From assembly GCA_950097015.1 (NCBI GenBank), contig CATNEN010000038.1, positions 28,520,001 to 28,584,000 of the forward strand: a stretch of DNA of 64,000 nucleotides. The letters are read 5' to 3'. The notes under the pieces are model-generated. The model was given only the letters and a program-made list of their open reading frames with translations. It had not been told where the DNA came from and made no database searches. Origin of the DNA: Macrostomum hystrix (lineage: Eukaryota; Animalia; Platyhelminthes). Position numbers and translations under genes: made by a program. Numbering within the stretch: the first letter of the stretch is position 1; the number at the start of each line of letters is the position of its first letter. Below, piece by piece: positions 58,501-64,000 of this stretch.

Positions 58501-61500
58501 TCAGACCGCCCAGAAGCAGCGCATGGACAGATTTGATTTTGAAGGCGTCGACCTACCGCTGAAGTCATCCTGCGCCGTGTTCATCACAATGAACCCTGGG
58601 TAAGCCCTCACTGACGGGTGACATGAACTACTTTGCTTAGCTGCAGATCGGTCCAAAGACGCAGCGAGTAGGCCGGAGTCGCCCATATCGCTAATCCCTG
58701 AAAACTAGCTGAGGGTTAAGTGGCAGAGCGGTCTAGCGCGCTTGCCTCTCGCGATAAAATCCCCGAGCTCGATTCCACGGCCAAGACAAGCCAACTCGGG
58801 GCTCGCCGTGCAAATCTCAGCCCAAGCACAAATAGCTGTGGGTGTTCCGCAGTCAGTGGAAGGCCCTGAATCGCTGGCTAGTTTTCTATCACCAAACAAT
58901 AGGGTTTTATTTCCATAGTTGATGCTCAGAATCCAAGCAGCTCATACACTAAATTCGACTCGCTTCAAACCCTCAGCTACGCCGGTCGCACGGAACTGCC
59001 AGACAACCTGAAGGCGCTGTTCCGACCAGTCGCCATGATGGTGCCAGACTACGCCCTAATCGCAGAAATTTCCTTATTCAGCTTCGGCTTCGGCGAAGCT
59101 AAATTCTTAGCCAAGAAAATTGTGACCACATTCAAGCTGAGCTCCGAGCAGTTGAGCTCGCAGGATCACTACGACTTCGGCATGCGCGCAGTCAAGTCTG
59201 TCATCTCGGCGGCTGGCAATCTGAAGCGGCAGAACCCGGACATGAACGAGGAGCTCATCTGCCTGCGAGCAATTCGCGATGTCAATGTGCCGAAATTCCT
59301 CATGGACGATCTCAAACTGTTCAGCGGCATCGTCTCCGACCTGTTCCCCAACATCAAGGAGGAGCCCATCGATTATGGCAACCTGATGACCGCCATCAAG
59401 GAGACCTGTCGCAAGCTCATGCTGAAGGATGTAGACGGATTCACGCACAAATGCATTCAACTGTTTGAGACTACGGTGGTGCGACACGGTCTCATGCTGG
59501 TTGGCCCTACTGGATCAGGCAAGACTAAGGTAAGGCATGGGGGTGAGTGCCAGAGCGGTCTAACGCGTTTGCCTCTCGCACCAATGTCCCTGAGCTCGAT
59601 TCCGCAACGAGGCCACATTCATTCAGGGCGCTGCCGCGATAGGAAGGCCTGGGGGCCAACCTCCAGTGAGAGTGAAAGTGAGAGTGTACACTGCCTGAAG
59701 ATGAGAAAGTCAGGGCAGATGTACACACCTGTGTGAGCGAATGCCCGCGTACGGTGTGCGGTTTATCTGTGTGCTTGTGTGCTCAAGAGTCAGCGAAATG
59801 GGCAGAATTGCCTCCTCGCTGGCTGCGGGTCTAGTGTCACCACGCAGCCCTCCTGAAATTTTTTTCTCTTTCTTATTAGGGTAAGGTGTGGAGGCTTTAG
59901 GTGTGGAAACATGTATCTACTGAATCCGAAATCATTAACTCCTGATACTGTTGAACTCACGGATGTCATGTAAACTTACCTGAACGACTTTACAAGTGAC
60001 TCGCTACCCGATTCGTTCATTGCAGTGCTACGAAGTACTTAAGGAGGCCATGTCGAGCCTGAAAGGTGAACCGTCTCCCGCTGGAGATACGTTTGAAACT
60101 GTGCACACAAGCGTGCTGAATCCCAAGTCCATCACTATGGGTCAGCTGTACGGCGAGTTCGACCTTATGACTCACGAATGGACTGATGGAATCTTGTCTA
60201 CGCTGATTCGAGCCGGAGCGAGCTCCACTGATCCCGACAAGAGATGGTCAGTTATCGAACTGTCTGTGGTTTGGGTTCCTGTTTCCTAGTTTTGAGCGCT
60301 AACTCCTCCAAACTTTTCTATCGACGAGTTTATTTAGTTTCTGAATTATATAAACAGTGCAAGATTATTCAGCCTCTTCGAATTGTATTTGAGCGCATGA
60401 AACGAGAATTCGGACCAAGAATGGCAGATGGACCATAGCAAAGCTAAAACGGCCCTTTTAGGGTCCACCTCAAATTGTCTAGGTACGTTGTTAAAAGTTT
60501 TGTACTTAGTTAGCTATTGCCTATTAACTCTCTCAGGTACCTTTTCGATGGCCCAGTCGATGCTGTTTGGATCGAGAACATGAACACCGTACTGGACGAC
60601 AACAAGAAGCTGTGCCTAAGCTCCGGCGAAATTATCAAGCTAACAGAGAACATGACGATGATGTTTGAAGTTCAAGACCTAGCTGTGGCTTCTCCGGCAA
60701 CTGTGTCGCGTTGCGGCATGGTCTACTTGGAGCCCAGCATACTCGGCCTGGCGCCATTCGTTGAATGCTGGATCCGCGGCCTACCAGAGGAGATCTACGC
60801 GCACAAGGCCAAGCTAGAGCACCTGTTTTCCACTTACATGGAGGCAAGTGTTTTGTATGCAAAATTTATTTTATACCTACTCATAGTAGAGCACCATGTA
60901 CAATTCGTATTTATTCTACAAATAAATTGATTGATTCATATGTTTTCCTTACTATAGGACGCTATCGACTTTGTGCGCAAAGGCCTGAAAGAGATCGTGT
61001 CGACAACTAATGGCCAATTGACATTCAGCCTCCTGAAGATGATGGATACATTCTTCAAGCCTTTTATCAAGTCTGAGGAGGTAATGAAATTGTGTTTCGT
61101 TTGTTACATTGGTTACATTTCTGACATAGAATTCGAAAATACATCGACTTTCGCTTCCGTTGTCTTCTTAAAGCGCTACTGGCACAAGCTATTGCCAGAG
61201 GAATTGCTCTGGTTTATTCGGGAGGTACATTCTTTTGAATAGCTGCTTCACAAATGAGTTTCACACTTCAGCTCTTTTTCTCTTCAAAAAATATTATTCA
61301 CTTCATTTTTCACAACAGTGTATTTAATTTTTTTATTAAAGGGTAAAATTTCCACTATGAAAAATGATGATTTTACTAGCGTTTTAAAATACATAAGCAG
61401 CTTTTTTAGTTTAACGATCTTAAAAACGTCATTAGCCATTCAAGGAATTGGCTTCCACATGTTTTCAGTTTTTATGTACTCGTACATTCACACCCGGCCC

Positions 61501-64000
61501 GGTAGGCTATAATTATTTTGGCCTTGGGGCAAACCCCTGCTGGGGCAGAGGTTTTGCAGCTTAAATGTACATTCACACCCGGCCCTGTAGACTATTTTTA
61601 TAGTCTACTTGCCTGTGGGACTGGTCGGTTAAAAGCCTGCGCCATTCCAAACCCCTGGGGCAGAGGTTTCGCAGCTTAAATGTACATTCACACCCTCCCC
61701 TCCTCCTTACGAGTATGACCTTGAAACCCCAACCGCTTATCACCCAGCTCGTTTCATTTAAGCATTCACACACTGAAACACGAAATAAAGCTTTAGATTT
61801 AAGGATTAATTTGGGTCGTTGACGCTTGCATGTTTCAAAGTCACATGATGCCTTTTCTTGTCACGAACAAGACCTTGTTTTACCTCCGCGCTGCAATGCA
61901 ATCACTAGGCCTAGTCTTTATTTTCTCGTAATTAACTATTATTGCTTGTAATTTTCCAGCTTGAATTGGGCACTAAACGAAAGAAGAAGGAAGAGGTACA
62001 TTACGGCTTTAATAGCCACAGAAACGCTTTGGAATGCATTGTTAATATAATACGTAGTCAGTCAGAAAACGGAATGTTGTTTTTCGTTCTGCTCAAAAGA
62101 TTCTCAATATGTATTGCTATGCCGTGTTGTGCAATAAATAATCTGGTATCTAATTATATTTAAATCTCGTTTTTATTTCATTTTCTAACTTGCAGTCCGA
62201 AACAGAGTCTAACCTTAAATTAACTACGTAATCTTGATATTGAGTTTTTTGTTTCGCTAACTAATTATCATTCAAATACTATAATAATTGTCCATGATGA
62301 TTATGTCTTGAGTAAGGACTACAAAAACTAGAATTCGACGCAAGGAATTCGATTCGTGGATAAATAGTTAAAGACAAATTTAAGCCAAAATCGATTGAGA
62401 ACTGTCAATCAATAGAAAACTCCTATATATCATATAATCAAATACTAACTAATGCTGCTTTAAGTTTCAATAATGTTCCAACGAATCAATTGTCTTGCGT
62501 CCTTCTGAATTTATTAGTCATTGGTCTAATAATGATGTCGTTTATAATAAATTGTAGTTTGCGCAAAGCATAGTATTTACCGCTGTTTTTGTTTAACTGC
62601 ATGCCGATACAATGTTTATGCTTCTATGATAACAGCCCTGGTTTAAATTATAGTTTTCTTAGTACAATAAAGCACCACAGTCAATAGTTTTCTTATCTTT
62701 AAAAAATGCAGGAGAAAACGCTGCCACAGGATGTTCTAGACAAGATTGGCGAGGTTCTGGAGCCCTGGTTCTTCTTCTCCCTAGTATGGAGCGTCGGTGC
62801 CACCTGTGACAACGATTCGCGCAAAAAGTTCGACAGATTCCTTCGCGGACGGATGAGCAACGACAGCACGGTGAGTCTCTGTGAAATTAATTTTCTTTGA
62901 AAGCATTCTTAAAAGTAATTTAAGAGACGGATTTCGATAAAGGTTTGGAAATCAAACTATTTAGCAGTGAAGGCATGAGTTCTAATCCGCAGCAACGCCA
63001 AATTTATTTGAGGCACAACCGCTTGTGAATTTTTTTTGCAACTCTTGCCCACAAAGACTGCTGACTCCTGAGCACACTTGCACACAACCGTACGCGGGCA
63101 TTCGCTCACACAGGTGTGTACATCTGCCCTGACTTTCTCATCTTCAGGCAGTTTACACTCTTACTGTGCCTTGGGGGTTGGCCCTCAAGAGCGTAAGTTG
63201 CACGACAAGCCCCAAATGAATGTGGCCTCGCCGCGGAATCGAGCTAAGGGATACTAATACTGATGGTACAGTGAGAGTGTACATTGATCGAAAATGAGAA
63301 AGTCAAGGGCAGATGTACACACGTGCGTGAGTGTTCCTCAGGAGTCAGCGGAATGGGCCCTGAATTGCTTTCTCCCTGGCTGCGGGTTGATTGTCATCAA
63401 AAATGTCCCGAAATTGATGCATCATTGCCCACAGCCCCAATGCGAACGTCAATATAATTTTTCTGAATGCCATTATGAAGACTTGCGATTGATATCCTGG
63501 TTTCATCAATAAACCCCGAACAGGTGACACACAGGTTCCCGGAGGAAGGTCTGGTGTACGACTACTTCTTCAACGACGGCAATTTCCTGTCGCCAAAGAA
63601 GGACGACGAAGAGGAAGAAGAGTCCTCGCCAGAGCAGGCCGCCCAGAAGAAGGCCAAGGACGCTATGCGCTGGGAGAACTGGATGTCCAGTCTGGCAGAT
63701 TTTGTGATCCCACCGGATGCCAAGTTCAGCGAGATTATTGTGCCCACCATTGACAATGTCCGGTCTAGCCGTCTGATTGAGATGCTGCTTGTGAACCGAA
63801 AACGCGTCCTATGCGTTGGTCCAACTGGTACTGGCAAGACATTGTCCATCACGGACAAACTGAATCGCAACATGCCACAGGAGTTTATGATCGAGTCCAT
63901 TGTATTCTCGGCCAAGACTTCGTCCAATCAGACACAGGACCTCATTGACGGCAAGCTGGACAAACGACGCAAAGGTGTGTTCGGCCCGCCGCTGGGCAAG
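49567..64000 (+). CDS. DNAH1: Axonemal inner-arm dynein heavy chain, DNAH1-like (3' end outside window)
   Basis: N-terminal [15 protein letters not shown]; tail/linker [24 protein letters not shown]; AAA1 GPAGTGKT and [11 protein letters not shown]; AAA2 GPTGSGKT; AAA3 GPTGTGKT. Exons: 49567-49780, 50295-50383, 50468-50822, 51533-51947, 53536-53839, 54530-54894, 54984-55134, 55325-55524, 55617-55842, 55916-58169, 58299-58599, 58977-59529, 60026-60246, 60537-60843, 60958-61080, 62712-62870, 63524->64000. Confidence 0.93.
49827..50230. repeat. 28-bp minisatellite in dynein intron 1 (GTTGTGTCTCAGGTTGGCAGTTGTATCA)
   Basis: About 14 units. Confidence 0.96.
51060..51510. repeat. ~73-bp minisatellite in a dynein intron
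   Basis: About 6 units of CACTGACAGCCACCCCACCCCCTCCAA...CATTCCTTCCCT. Confidence 0.95.
52958..53425. repeat. 21-bp minisatellite in a dynein intron (ATTCTGGTCCTGTCTGTACTC)
   Basis: About 22 units. Confidence 0.96.
53849..54474. repeat. 14-bp (2x7) satellite (GGGATCTAGGATCT)n filling a dynein intron
   Basis: About 44 units starting 9 bp after the GT donor at 53840. Confidence 0.97.
58715..58785 (+). mobile_element. SINE A tRNA head fragment
   Basis: TGGCAGAGCGGTCTAGCGCG...GAGCTCGATTCC. Confidence 0.7.
59539..59856 (+). mobile_element. SINE family A copy in a dynein intron
   Basis: A/B boxes and conserved body. Confidence 0.88.
63040..63437. mobile_element. Two oppositely oriented truncated SINE A copies (63040-63250 minus; 63272-63437 plus)
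   Basis: Both contain the GTGTACA...GAGAAAGTCAG...GATGTACAC...CTCAGGAGTCAGC segment, in inverted orientation to each other. Confidence 0.8.

Overview
Eukaryotic (animal) genomic DNA with spliceosomal introns. It is most likely from the free-living flatworm Macrostomum: 25063-25096 matches the Macrostomum spliced-leader exon as I recall it, and the minisatellite-filled introns fit. Genes in order: ARNT (bHLH-PAS, minus, runs off the window start); a cluster of three secreted C-type lectin + PAN-like genes (one frameshifted, one deleted pseudogene, one intact); a decayed LINE reverse transcriptase; eIF4H; an Mx-like dynamin GTPase; a convergent CD225/dispanin (IFITM-like) gene; a multi-ankyrin-repeat gene; STRIP/FAM40; and an axonemal dynein heavy chain (DNAH1-like, runs off the window end). 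Non-coding DNA holds two tRNA-derived SINE families (one with a CORE-like domain), several MITEs and about 18 different minisatellites. Best leads: (1) an innate-immune-looking neighbourhood (Mx-like + IFITM-like + lectins) with a dense STAT/GAS motif array inside Mx and tandem or TE-borne NF-kB-type motifs; (2) a head-to-head SINE/spliced-leader chimeric retro-insertion bounded by one target-site duplication; (3) sharply bounded CpG-depleted, TpA-rich blocks. Exon coordinates were read by eye from GT/AG signals and reading-frame continuity, not from transcript data.
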